From: Candidatus Proteinoplasmatales archaeon SG8-5
Lineage (GTDB): Archaea; Thermoplasmatota; Thermoplasmata; SG8-5
Length of the DNA: 53,836 nucleotides
Direction of reading: 5' to 3'
Assembly: GCA_001595885.1 (NCBI GenBank)
Contig: LSSH01000059.1
Span: 1 to 53,836 of the forward strand
This document shows positions 9,495 through 17,227 of this stretch, one piece after another. The notes under the pieces were generated by a model. It made no database searches and was not told where the DNA came from. It saw only the letters and a list, made by a program, of their open reading frames with translations. The translations under genes were made by a program, and so were the position numbers. Each line of letters opens with the position of its first letter. The first letter of the stretch is position 1.

Positions 9495-9899
9495 CTACTC
9501 GTCGACCGTCGAATCCTTCTCGGGTGCCGGTCGAACTTTCCCCTTAGGGGCAGGAGACGTTTTCTCCTGGGCCGGTTTTGCTTCAGGCTTCTTGACTTGC
9601 CTGGCCGGTTTTGTTTCGGCCGGAACCGGTTTGCGCTTGACCAGCCTAGCCTTGGGCTTGTCCTCATCATCGGGCTCTTCTTCCTCGGCACCCCTCTTCC
9701 TCTTCAGGCTGCTTGCCTTGAGCTCCGAATACCTTACGGTCCACCTGGTCCTTCGGGGCACCCTTCCGAGGTCGATGCGGTTCTTCTTGCATTTGTTGCT
9801 GCAGAAGGTATAGATGGTTCCGTCCTTGCGTATGTACATCTTGCCGGTGCCTGGTTCGATGGGATTTCCGCAAAATGAACAATTGCGTTTCTCTACCAT
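9495..9899 (-). CDS. rpl24e: Ribosomal protein L24e with a long basic, Pro-rich C-terminal extension
   Basis: [34 protein letters not shown] zinc-ribbon core, followed by about 70 extra residues rich in K, E, P and A. Confidence 0.9.
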   Translation of the reverse strand: MVEKRNCSFCGNPIEPGTGKMYIRKDGTIYTFCSNKCKKNRIDLGRVPRRTRWTVRYSELKASSLKRKRGAEEEEPDDEDKPKARLVKRKPVPAETKPARQVKKPEAKPAQEKTSPAPKGKVRPAPEKDSTVDE

Positions 9900-9971
9900 T
9901 ATTCCGCCTCCTTTGTCAAAGCTGGCGTCTCATGATAAATCGTGTTGTCTCTGCCAGATATCTTCATGACC

Positions 9972-10181
9972 TCACCTGATGCTGAGCTTCTTTGCCTCTC
10001 GCTGGGTCTCGCGAAGCATGAGCACGTCGCCTAGCTGGACAGGGCCGAAGACGTTCCTGGTGATGATCCTGCCCTTGTCCCTGCCGTCAAGAACACGGAC
10101 CTTGACCTGCGTGGCCTCGCCGGTCATGCCGGTCCTGCCAACGACTTCCACAACTTCGGCTGGAATGCTGTTCGGGTCCAT
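9972..10181 (-). CDS. rps28e: Ribosomal protein S28e
   Basis: [26 protein letters not shown]...[13 protein letters not shown]. Confidence 0.95.
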   Translation of the reverse strand: MDPNSIPAEVVEVVGRTGMTGEATQVKVRVLDGRDKGRIITRNVFGPVQLGDVLMLRETQREAKKLSIR

Positions 10182-10197
10182 TCATAACACCTGAGTA

Positions 10198-10563
10198 TCA
10201 CTTCTTGAGGGCGCCAAGTTTGCTAGCCAATTCGTCCATGAGGGATTTGCCCTTGCCGGCGTCCATGATGGCGACCGAGGCGGTGGGCTTCTCGAGGCCG
10301 CATGCCACTCCGAGCTCCTGCTTGCTGGGCACGTAGCCGTATGATATGCCCTTCTCCTCGCAGAGGAGAGGCATGTGTGCGAGTATCTCCTCCGGCTGGA
10401 CGTCCTCCGACATGATTACGAACTTGGCGTTGCCCCGCTCAACGAGCTTGGTAACTTCGTTCGTGCCTTTCCTAACCTTGCCTGTGTCACGTGCGAACTC
10501 CACGAGCTGATAGACCTTGTCCACAAGCTCCTTGGGGGTCTCAAACCTTACATACATGGCCAT
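10198..10563 (-). CDS. rpl7ae: Ribosomal protein L7Ae (K-turn binding)
   Basis: [31 protein letters not shown]...[12 protein letters not shown]. Confidence 0.95.
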   Translation of the reverse strand: MAMYVRFETPKELVDKVYQLVEFARDTGKVRKGTNEVTKLVERGNAKFVIMSEDVQPEEILAHMPLLCEEKGISYGYVPSKQELGVACGLEKPTASVAIMDAGKGKSLMDELASKLGALKK

Positions 10564-10694
10564 TGTCTAACCTCCTTCCAACGGACGCCGTGGCATCCGC
10601 CTTCATCAATCACGGGCTCTAAAAGAGCATCGCAACAAAGAGGGTGTGGTATAAATGGCTTTCGCTATAGGCGGTTTGAATTGTTGGGTGGTTC

Positions 10695-11405
10695 TCAGAA
10701 GTTAAAGCGTTCCTTGAAGAGGCGGAACCATATCTTGGTGCCATCCTGCAATGCCCGAAGCTTGTTCATTGTTTTGCGTTGGTCGTAGGATATATTCACC
10801 TCGCCGACCCTGAAGCCGGATTTGATGCACTTGGCATACATCTCCGCCTCGATCTCGAAGTTGTGCGATTCGAGGTCTAGCGCGTTGACGACTTCCTCGG
10901 TGAATCCCCACATGCCCGTACATATGTCGGAGACCTTGTGTCCGTTCGGAAAGAGCACGTTTGCGGTCTGTGTCAGTGCCAGGTTCCCGAAGTAATTGAT
11001 CCTGGACATCGCCCCGGGGCTCATATAGCCCTTAAGGCGCGATCCCATCATTACGTCGTATCTCCTGGATTCCAGGTACGGGAGCATTGCAAGGATCTCT
11101 GTCGGGTCATAGGTGTCGTCGGCGTCAAGCATGAACAGGTATTGGCCGTCGAAGTTCTCGAATGCCGTCTTGAGGGCATTTCCCTTCCCTCTGCCTCGCT
11201 GTTTTAGCAATTTGGCTCCCATGGACTGGGCAATCTCGCAGGTCATGTCCTTGCTGTGTCCGTCCACGACCACGACATTGACGTCGTAACCGCGTTCCTG
11301 CAATTGCTGCCTTGGGACCTTGCTAATGACTTGGCCTATGGTCTCGGCCTCATCAAGCGCTGGCAAGAGTATTGATATCATTTCATCACTCATAGCGCAT
11401 CCCAT
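10695..11405 (-). CDS. Family 2 glycosyltransferase (dolichyl-phosphate sugar synthase-like)
   Basis: ISILLPALDEAETIG, VVVVDGHSKD, and FMLDADDTYDP (DxD motif). The start could instead be an internal Met at 11393. Confidence 0.8.
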   Translation of the reverse strand: MGCAMSDEMISILLPALDEAETIGQVISKVPRQQLQERGYDVNVVVVDGHSKDMTCEIAQSMGAKLLKQRGRGKGNALKTAFENFDGQYLFMLDADDTYDPTEILAMLPYLESRRYDVMMGSRLKGYMSPGAMSRINYFGNLALTQTANVLFPNGHKVSDICTGMWGFTEEVVNALDLESHNFEIEAEMYAKCIKSGFRVGEVNISYDQRKTMNKLRALQDGTKIWFRLFKERFNF

Positions 11406-11599
11406 CTACCAGTTATGATTTCTATTATTTAAAGGTATCTATAATATATGCTGGCAAGTGGCCTCTGGGGATTTCATATTTAAAGAAGGCGCCCTTTTTT
11501 CGATGGTTCACAATCGAGGGGTTTCCGTCTTAACTTGGTTACGAGATGATGGTTCTTCTCAGATAGTCAGAACCGTGGATTTTCAATGATAATCTTTAT

Positions 11600-12559
11600 A
11601 TGGAAGTTCCAGCCTCAATGACATCCATGATTACCAGGTCCGTCGTGATCAATGAGGTCAGGGACATCCTTATTAAGGCTGGGTTTGCCACCTCCGATCC
11701 CGAGGAGATAGTTCATGCCAGTTTCGACCTAGTGGCCAGAAGGGATGCGCTGATCCTCGTAATCAAGATAGTGCTGAATGCAGATTCGGTCAGCGAGAAG
11801 GCGGTGTCCGGCATGATGACGCTGGCAAAGGCCGTGAACGGGTCGCCCCTCATCATCGCACTGAGGTCTGGCAAAGCGGGCATCGAGGACGGGGTGATGT
11901 ATACGCGGGTCAACATCCCCCTGATATCCCTCCAGACCTTGAATGACCTGTTCATCGAGGGGATTCCGCCTATGGTGTACGCCGGCAGCGGGGGTTTTTA
12001 TGTAAAGGTGGATTCGGACATAATAAAGGAGGCCAGGAAACGCGGAATATCGTTGGGTGAACTGGCCGAAGTGAGCGGCGTACGGAGGAGGACCATCCAG
12101 ATGTACGAAGAAGGCATGGGCGCCAAGCTTGAGGTGGCTTTGCGGCTGGAGGAGCGGCTGGGAGTCGAGTTAATCCTGCCGGTGGACCCATTATCATCCC
12201 CTGAGTTCCCTGTGACGGAGAGCGGCGACAGACCAAAGGGCCTGGCGAGAGAGGTTTACGGCGACCTCGGCAGAATAGGCTATTCGGTCGAGCTGGCTCG
12301 CAGATGCCCCTACGACGCCCTCGCCCACGATAAGAAGGTGCTGATGTTCACCGGGATCGACCAGCAGAAACCAGATATCAAAAAGAGGGCGAAGGCCATG
12401 ACGAACCTGTCAAGGGTCCTCGAGAAGCACTCGGTGATCTTCGTTGACAGGATGGGGGAGAAGGTGAACCTGGAGGGCGCCCCGTTAATAGGCAGCAGGG
12501 AACTGAAGGAGATAGATGACAAGAAACGCGTAATCGAGCTCATAGAGGAGCGTGGCTGA
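11600..12559 (+). CDS. Conserved archaeal protein with a central XRE-type helix-turn-helix (putative transcriptional regulator)
   Basis: ARKRGISLGELAEVSGVRRRTIQMYEEGMGAKLEVALRLEERLG is an HTH_3-like segment flanked by conserved domains. The stop overlaps the next start (TGATG). Confidence 0.6.
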   Translation: MEVPASMTSMITRSVVINEVRDILIKAGFATSDPEEIVHASFDLVARRDALILVIKIVLNADSVSEKAVSGMMTLAKAVNGSPLIIALRSGKAGIEDGVMYTRVNIPLISLQTLNDLFIEGIPPMVYAGSGGFYVKVDSDIIKEARKRGISLGELAEVSGVRRRTIQMYEEGMGAKLEVALRLEERLGVELILPVDPLSSPEFPVTESGDRPKGLAREVYGDLGRIGYSVELARRCPYDALAHDKKVLMFTGIDQQKPDIKKRAKAMTNLSRVLEKHSVIFVDRMGEKVNLEGAPLIGSRELKEIDDKKRVIELIEERG

Positions 12560-13188
12560 TGTCGTCCGTTTTGATAATCGGAGCCGTCCGCGGCCTTGTA
12601 TCCGAGGGGGAGAGGGTCTATGATATCATTATGCAGAACCGGCCAGACGTGGTTGGCCTGGCAATCTCCGAGGAGGGGTTAGACGCAATGAAGGAGCATC
12701 TCGACTCGACAGGCGGCAAGAACGCTGAACTTGAGAACCTGGAGGAGGTGATATACGTGGCGGGCCTGGAGGCCTTCGGTGAGGTCAGGAAGCCTCCTCC
12801 GTGTTTCTCTAAGGCCTGGACCGCCGCCAAGAACCTGACAATAACGGCAGAGCCCCTGGACCTGAACGACGAGCAATACACGAACGCCAACTGCCGCAAC
12901 ATATCGACGCTGGAGATGATGACCCAGGGCAGAGGCCAGCGCAGAATCGTCAAGCACCAGTTCCAGGCCACGAGCGCGCAGGAATTCGTCCTTGAGTTCG
13001 ATGCTGTGGTCAACCGCCAGAAGGGATACCGGAAGCTGGAGGCGGAGAGGGAAGAGTTCATGGCCCTGAGGATCAAGAAACTTACCCAGGACAACCAGAA
13101 GGTCATGGCCGTAATCGAGCTCGAGAGGCTGGAAGGGGTAATGAAGGCACTTGATGTGATTGGTGTTTCGTATTCGATGCCTTCCTAA
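12559..13188 (+). CDS. TraB/PrgY-like conserved protein (degenerate)
   Basis: N-terminal LIIGAVRGLVSEGERV...RPDVVGLAISEEGL resembles the GTAHVS...PDVVAVEL layout of the TraB family. This is a weak, memory-based call. Confidence 0.4.
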   Translation: MSSVLIIGAVRGLVSEGERVYDIIMQNRPDVVGLAISEEGLDAMKEHLDSTGGKNAELENLEEVIYVAGLEAFGEVRKPPPCFSKAWTAAKNLTITAEPLDLNDEQYTNANCRNISTLEMMTQGRGQRRIVKHQFQATSAQEFVLEFDAVVNRQKGYRKLEAEREEFMALRIKKLTQDNQKVMAVIELERLEGVMKALDVIGVSYSMPS

Positions 13189-13234
13189 CTTACGTACAAC
13201 GAAAGCCTTTTATGGATATCGCGGTAATGGGCCA

Positions 13235-13546
13235 AGGCTAGGCTAACCGGGGGGGTCGGCGTCCCCTTATACACCGAAATCGTCGTTAGCGGGGGTGACG
13301 GCCGAGTGCGGCGTAACTGGCCTGTTGGCGGTCCTTATCACGACGATGAGGTTCTGTCCCATGGGGCTGGAGGTGACATTCGCGTGCAGCCGGAGGGCGG
13401 CACGGCTTGTCTTGGTTACGGGGATCGGGTCAGGCCCTGACGGGAGCAGCCTTACCGTTTACTACCAACGCTCATGGGGTTGCGGGACCGAGAAGGGGTA
13501 AGACTCCCGCCAGGAGGTGCAGGCGACAAGCTCGGTGCCTAGCACA
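13235..13546 (+). ncRNA. ffs: Signal recognition particle RNA (archaeal 7S RNA)
   Basis: 5' GGCTAGGCTAACCGGGGGGGTCGGCGTCCCC (Alu-domain start). Helix-8 motif GGTCAGGCCCTGACGGGAGCAGCC, compare E. coli 4.5S GGUCAGGUCCGGAAGGAAGCAGCC. The 5' GCTAGGC (13237-13243) pairs with 3' GCCTAGC (13537-13543). TTTTATGG box at 13208-13215 and an oligo-T (GCATTTTAC) just downstream. Confidence 0.85.
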
Positions 13547-13711
13547 ATGCATTTTACTAACACAGGCACAGAGCTTGGGACCTGTCGCAGTATTATCCGT
13601 CAAAGATAATCGACAAATCTGTAAGTGCGAAATGAGACCCATCGAACTAGAAACATATTTCCCAATATGTTCGGGTTTGATACTTTGAAAGGCCAGCCTC
13701 AACTCAATATC

Positions 13712-14671
13712 TCAGCCCGACCAGCAGGAAACGTGCAATAATGTGCCTTCCTCGTCCTGGCCCTGCAGTATCATGCGTGTTGAAGTGCTTTGGAGAACAT
13801 ATCCCCTTTCCAGGAAGAATTCCAGGCTGGGTCTTGCGGCCGCGTAGGTCCGAAGGAAGATGCCGTTCTTGGATCGCTCGAGGGCGGCGTTCTCGCATTG
13901 GTCCAGAAGGGCGGACGCAGAACTCACATCTCCGGCGACCATGAGTTTCACGACGGCGTTGGGGCTGTTATCGAACATCTCATACGTGTGAACGATGGCG
14001 TGTGAACTTTGTACGTCGGATTCGTAAAGAAGGTGTTTGCCCAGATTGTGTTCTGCGGTCGCCCGGATTTCGGTCGAGTAATCAAGCCCGGGGATGATGC
14101 TGTTCCACATCTGTTTGGAGACGGGGAGATCCTCTTTCTGTTCAGTCTCAATGACTTGCGTGATGGCTTCGGTGGGTTCGTGCAACCTCTTGAACAGTAC
14201 ATAAGAAAGGTGCTTGGGCATGAACCCGAGCTTCGCGTACATGGTGATGTTCTTATGGCTGCTGGACATCGTCTCAAGGCCTATGGTCTCACAACCCCTT
14301 GATTTCAGATGATTAACAGACCTGGTGACCAGCTCTTTACCTATTCCGCGGTTCTGGTGTTCTGTGGCCACCTCCACCGGCCCGAACCAACCTACAGAAC
14401 CCCATACGTGCGAGAAGATGCATCCGACCAGCTGTCCATCGACCTCCGCAACAAAACAGCCTTCCTGCTCTTTGGCCATATAGTATCGCAGATTCTTCTC
14501 GGTGCGGTACAACAGAGGGACCTGTAACCCCCTCTCCGCCAGAAAGTAATCCTGCCAGACCTTTGCCTGCAGCTCCGAGACCTCTTTCAGGTCGCTAATA
14601 GTCAGAATCCTGAGTTCGGGGGCGGCCATGGTGTCCCCCGCAATCACTCGTCGTTTCCATAGTTGGAACAA
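13712..14671 (-). CDS. GNAT-family N-acetyltransferase (two-domain)
   Basis: The acetyl-CoA motif ATEHQNRGIGKELV (Q/R-x-x-G-x-G/A) lies within an N-terminal GNAT fold. An alternative start is Met at 14629. Confidence 0.75.
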   Translation of the reverse strand: MFQLWKRRVIAGDTMAAPELRILTISDLKEVSELQAKVWQDYFLAERGLQVPLLYRTEKNLRYYMAKEQEGCFVAEVDGQLVGCIFSHVWGSVGWFGPVEVATEHQNRGIGKELVTRSVNHLKSRGCETIGLETMSSSHKNITMYAKLGFMPKHLSYVLFKRLHEPTEAITQVIETEQKEDLPVSKQMWNSIIPGLDYSTEIRATAEHNLGKHLLYESDVQSSHAIVHTYEMFDNSPNAVVKLMVAGDVSSASALLDQCENAALERSKNGIFLRTYAAARPSLEFFLERGYVLQSTSTRMILQGQDEEGTLLHVSCWSG

Positions 14672-15064
14672 TAGTCGCAGATGTTCTCCAGCGTGGGTTG
14701 TGATGTCATTCCCTGTTTGCCCACCCAGCGGTCACACCTGCCGTGTTGCGCAGGCACCAATCCCAATTTACAGGCCATTGCCGTTCACCAGCTTCGGATT
14801 GAAGGGCTATTATATCAATTTTGGCCTGTTTTCTATTTTCATGGGAAATGACTAAATATAGAAAGATTTATATTATAAACTATAATCCAATGCCAGAATT
14901 AATGGCTGAGTTGTTAATGGAAAGGGGGTGTTTGAACCAGATATAAAACCACCGTCGGAACCATCGCTGTTCTTATTGTAATATTCTCGATTATATTCGT
15001 CAGCTCGGCTCCCGCGTCCGCCCAGACCTCGACGCCGCTTACCGTCAGAGAACGGTACGAGGCC

Positions 15065-16207
15065 ATGGCCTTCGGTGCCGGACATCTGGTAATACCAATG
15101 GACGAGAAGCAGAACGACACCATATTAGCTTTCGGCGTCATCCATGCTCTGCTGAGGAACGGGACCATCTGCTACAGGCTCATCGGACCGCCTGCCCATA
15201 ATATCAAGACCCTTGACTATCCGGACGGCGTCAATTACTCTGGCGGACCCGTCGTGATAATGGACGTGAATGTCACTGTACTGAACGGCATCCAAGAGGT
15301 CTTTCCGAGCGTGACCGTCCATAATATCACCGGGACATTTGTGTCCAGGACCGTGTACAAGATCGATCGGCCTACTAGGATCCTGTTGCTGGCCAGAGAA
15401 GGGGCTGCGTTCCAGCACAGCCTATCAAAGATACTCCTGGACCAGATGCACATCCCCTATTCTGTTAAAATCATCTGGGCCTTAGAACCCACGGTGGACC
15501 TTTTCGAGAACGACCTGATAATTATTGAGGACCCGGGCGCGAAGGGCCTGTACTTCACAGGGAAGGGACACATCAAGAATGCGGTCGCCAATGGCCATAA
15601 CTTCGTGTTCATCGGTGATGCCATTAAGGATTTGACCGGGGTGTTCCCGCTACTGGTAACTGTGAAGGAAGGCGAGAGGGGCGAAGCCTACACCGCGACA
15701 TATTATCACACGGGCGAGTCGATATCCCAATATAGCGGGCCCGAACAATTATACGTTACAACCAGCAGGACCGTGGCAATAACGCCTACAAACCCGGGCT
15801 TCCAAACCATGCTGTATGCGCAGAGCGGAGATTCCCAGATCATATTCTCAGGGTATTACAGGTACGGAAAGGGCACTGTGGAGTTATTCTCGTTCGAGCC
15901 GGACGAGCAAGTAGGCGACATGTACACCCTGGCATGCATATTCTACGGTAACAGGTTCGTCCAGGCAGCTCCTGAGCCGCTCCCGCCGCCTTTGCCCTTG
16001 GTTTCCGGCGGAGTGCCCCTGCCCACGGGCACTGTCCCTCCACCGCCTCCGCCTCCGCCACCGCCGCCGCCGTCGATACCGATGGCGACGACCATTCCCG
16101 CGCAGTACCTGTTCGCAGGCTTCGCGGGCGTGGCCCTGGGCGACAGGCTCAGGTCAAGGGTGAGGCCGAAGATCGCAATCAGACATAAGATCAAGATCAG
16201 TACATGA
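15065..16207 (+). CDS. Exported or anchored protein of unknown function, with a P12 linker and a C-terminal hydrophobic anchor. The coordinates start at the first ATG, but the true N-terminus is probably upstream.
   Basis: 380-aa ORF. The in-frame upstream codons (14936-15064) encode a textbook signal peptide, KTTVGTIAVLIVIFSIIFVSSAPASA|Q, but contain no ATG, GTG or TTG. C-terminal tail: PPPPPPPPPPPPSIPMATTIPAQYLFAGFAGVALG, then basic residues. Confidence 0.65.
   Translation: MAFGAGHLVIPMDEKQNDTILAFGVIHALLRNGTICYRLIGPPAHNIKTLDYPDGVNYSGGPVVIMDVNVTVLNGIQEVFPSVTVHNITGTFVSRTVYKIDRPTRILLLAREGAAFQHSLSKILLDQMHIPYSVKIIWALEPTVDLFENDLIIIEDPGAKGLYFTGKGHIKNAVANGHNFVFIGDAIKDLTGVFPLLVTVKEGERGEAYTATYYHTGESISQYSGPEQLYVTTSRTVAITPTNPGFQTMLYAQSGDSQIIFSGYYRYGKGTVELFSFEPDEQVGDMYTLACIFYGNRFVQAAPEPLPPPLPLVSGGVPLPTGTVPPPPPPPPPPPPSIPMATTIPAQYLFAGFAGVALGDRLRSRVRPKIAIRHKIKIST
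16037..16072 (+). repeat. (CCN)12 tract encoding twelve consecutive prolines
   Basis: cct cca ccg cct ccg cct ccg cca ccg ccg ccg ccg, in frame with the 15065 ORF. Confidence 0.95.
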
Positions 16208-16216
16208 GGTTGGACC

Positions 16217-17227
16217 ATGAAGACGCTCAGCATCGCTTTCATCACTTGGCTCGTCGTTCTCGGTGCATTATCATTACCACTAAATCAGTCTTCTAACGCC
16301 CAGCAGACCATCGGCTGGCAATATGAAACGTTCGGCGAGAACCTGGAGATGACTATCACGCCAGAGATTCCCACCACAGAAGACCCGATCATGGTGGAGG
16401 TGGTCTCAATTTTCCCGGACGTATACGTTCAGGTGGCCAACTTCTACGCACGAGTAACGCCCAACAACGGCCATGAGTTCCAGTTCCAGACTATCTTCCA
16501 GCGATGGAACAACTCCGCTATGAGGGTGTCCGTGGGCCCCTTCCCGTACAACGGATATACCATCTCCATGTATGTCATCGCATACGACTGGTTGAACATA
16601 CCGATGGACTCGCGAGACACGTTCAACTACATCGAGTTCGAGGTGGGGGGCAGCGGCTGGAAGCACGATACGTTCGACGCCAACGTGGAGGTCGAATATT
16701 CCCCCATGACGGTCAATGCGACAGAGGAGGTGACGGTGACAATCTCTTCCAAGGACAACATCACCTTCGGGGGGGCAAACCTCTGGTGGACTTACGAGAC
16801 TCCCGAGGGAGACCTCATCGAGGGGGTGGGGGAAAACTTCACCAAGGTCAATCCCGAGGTCACTGTCATGAAGCAGACCATACCCGGTTATCCGCCCGGC
16901 ACCAACCTGACGTTCTGGGTCGTTGCCTGGGACACCTACAATGAGGTAATGGTATCCAAGGAGTACAACTATAGTGTGCTGGGCCTGGTCCAATACACGG
17001 ATTTCCCCTTCATCTACACTGATGACGATGACCGCTCCGAGTGGGAGCCAGACTTCTCGATATTGGCACCCATGGTAATTCTGTGTGCCGTGGGCGTTCC
17101 CCTTTACCTGTACCTTTACGTCTTGACCAGGAAAAGGGAGGGAAGGCGCGAAACCCTGGTTATGTCCAATGACAGTCAGGCTGCTGCCCCTGAAGAAAAA
17201 GAGGAGGGTGATGAAGATGGAGACTAG
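16217..17227 (+). CDS. Secreted, membrane-anchored glycoprotein-like protein of unknown function (two Ig-like repeats)
   Basis: Signal peptide MKTLSIAFITWLVVLGALSLPLNQSSNA|Q, several N-x-S/T sequons, two similar beta-rich modules, a C-terminal TM segment (ILAPMVILCAVGVPLYLYLYVL) and an acidic tail. Confidence 0.6.
   Translation: MKTLSIAFITWLVVLGALSLPLNQSSNAQQTIGWQYETFGENLEMTITPEIPTTEDPIMVEVVSIFPDVYVQVANFYARVTPNNGHEFQFQTIFQRWNNSAMRVSVGPFPYNGYTISMYVIAYDWLNIPMDSRDTFNYIEFEVGGSGWKHDTFDANVEVEYSPMTVNATEEVTVTISSKDNITFGGANLWWTYETPEGDLIEGVGENFTKVNPEVTVMKQTIPGYPPGTNLTFWVVAWDTYNEVMVSKEYNYSVLGLVQYTDFPFIYTDDDDRSEWEPDFSILAPMVILCAVGVPLYLYLYVLTRKREGRRETLVMSNDSQAAAPEEKEEGDEDGD

Noticed and set aside
11535-11600. 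A C-box-like GAGATGATGG plus the hairpin GGTTCT...AGAACC upstream of the HTH gene, considered as a second C/D sRNA
   Set aside because: The C box is imperfect (TGATGG). No D box (CTGA) or C'/D' pair occurs at the right spacing, and there is no terminal stem. More likely it is 5' UTR structure.
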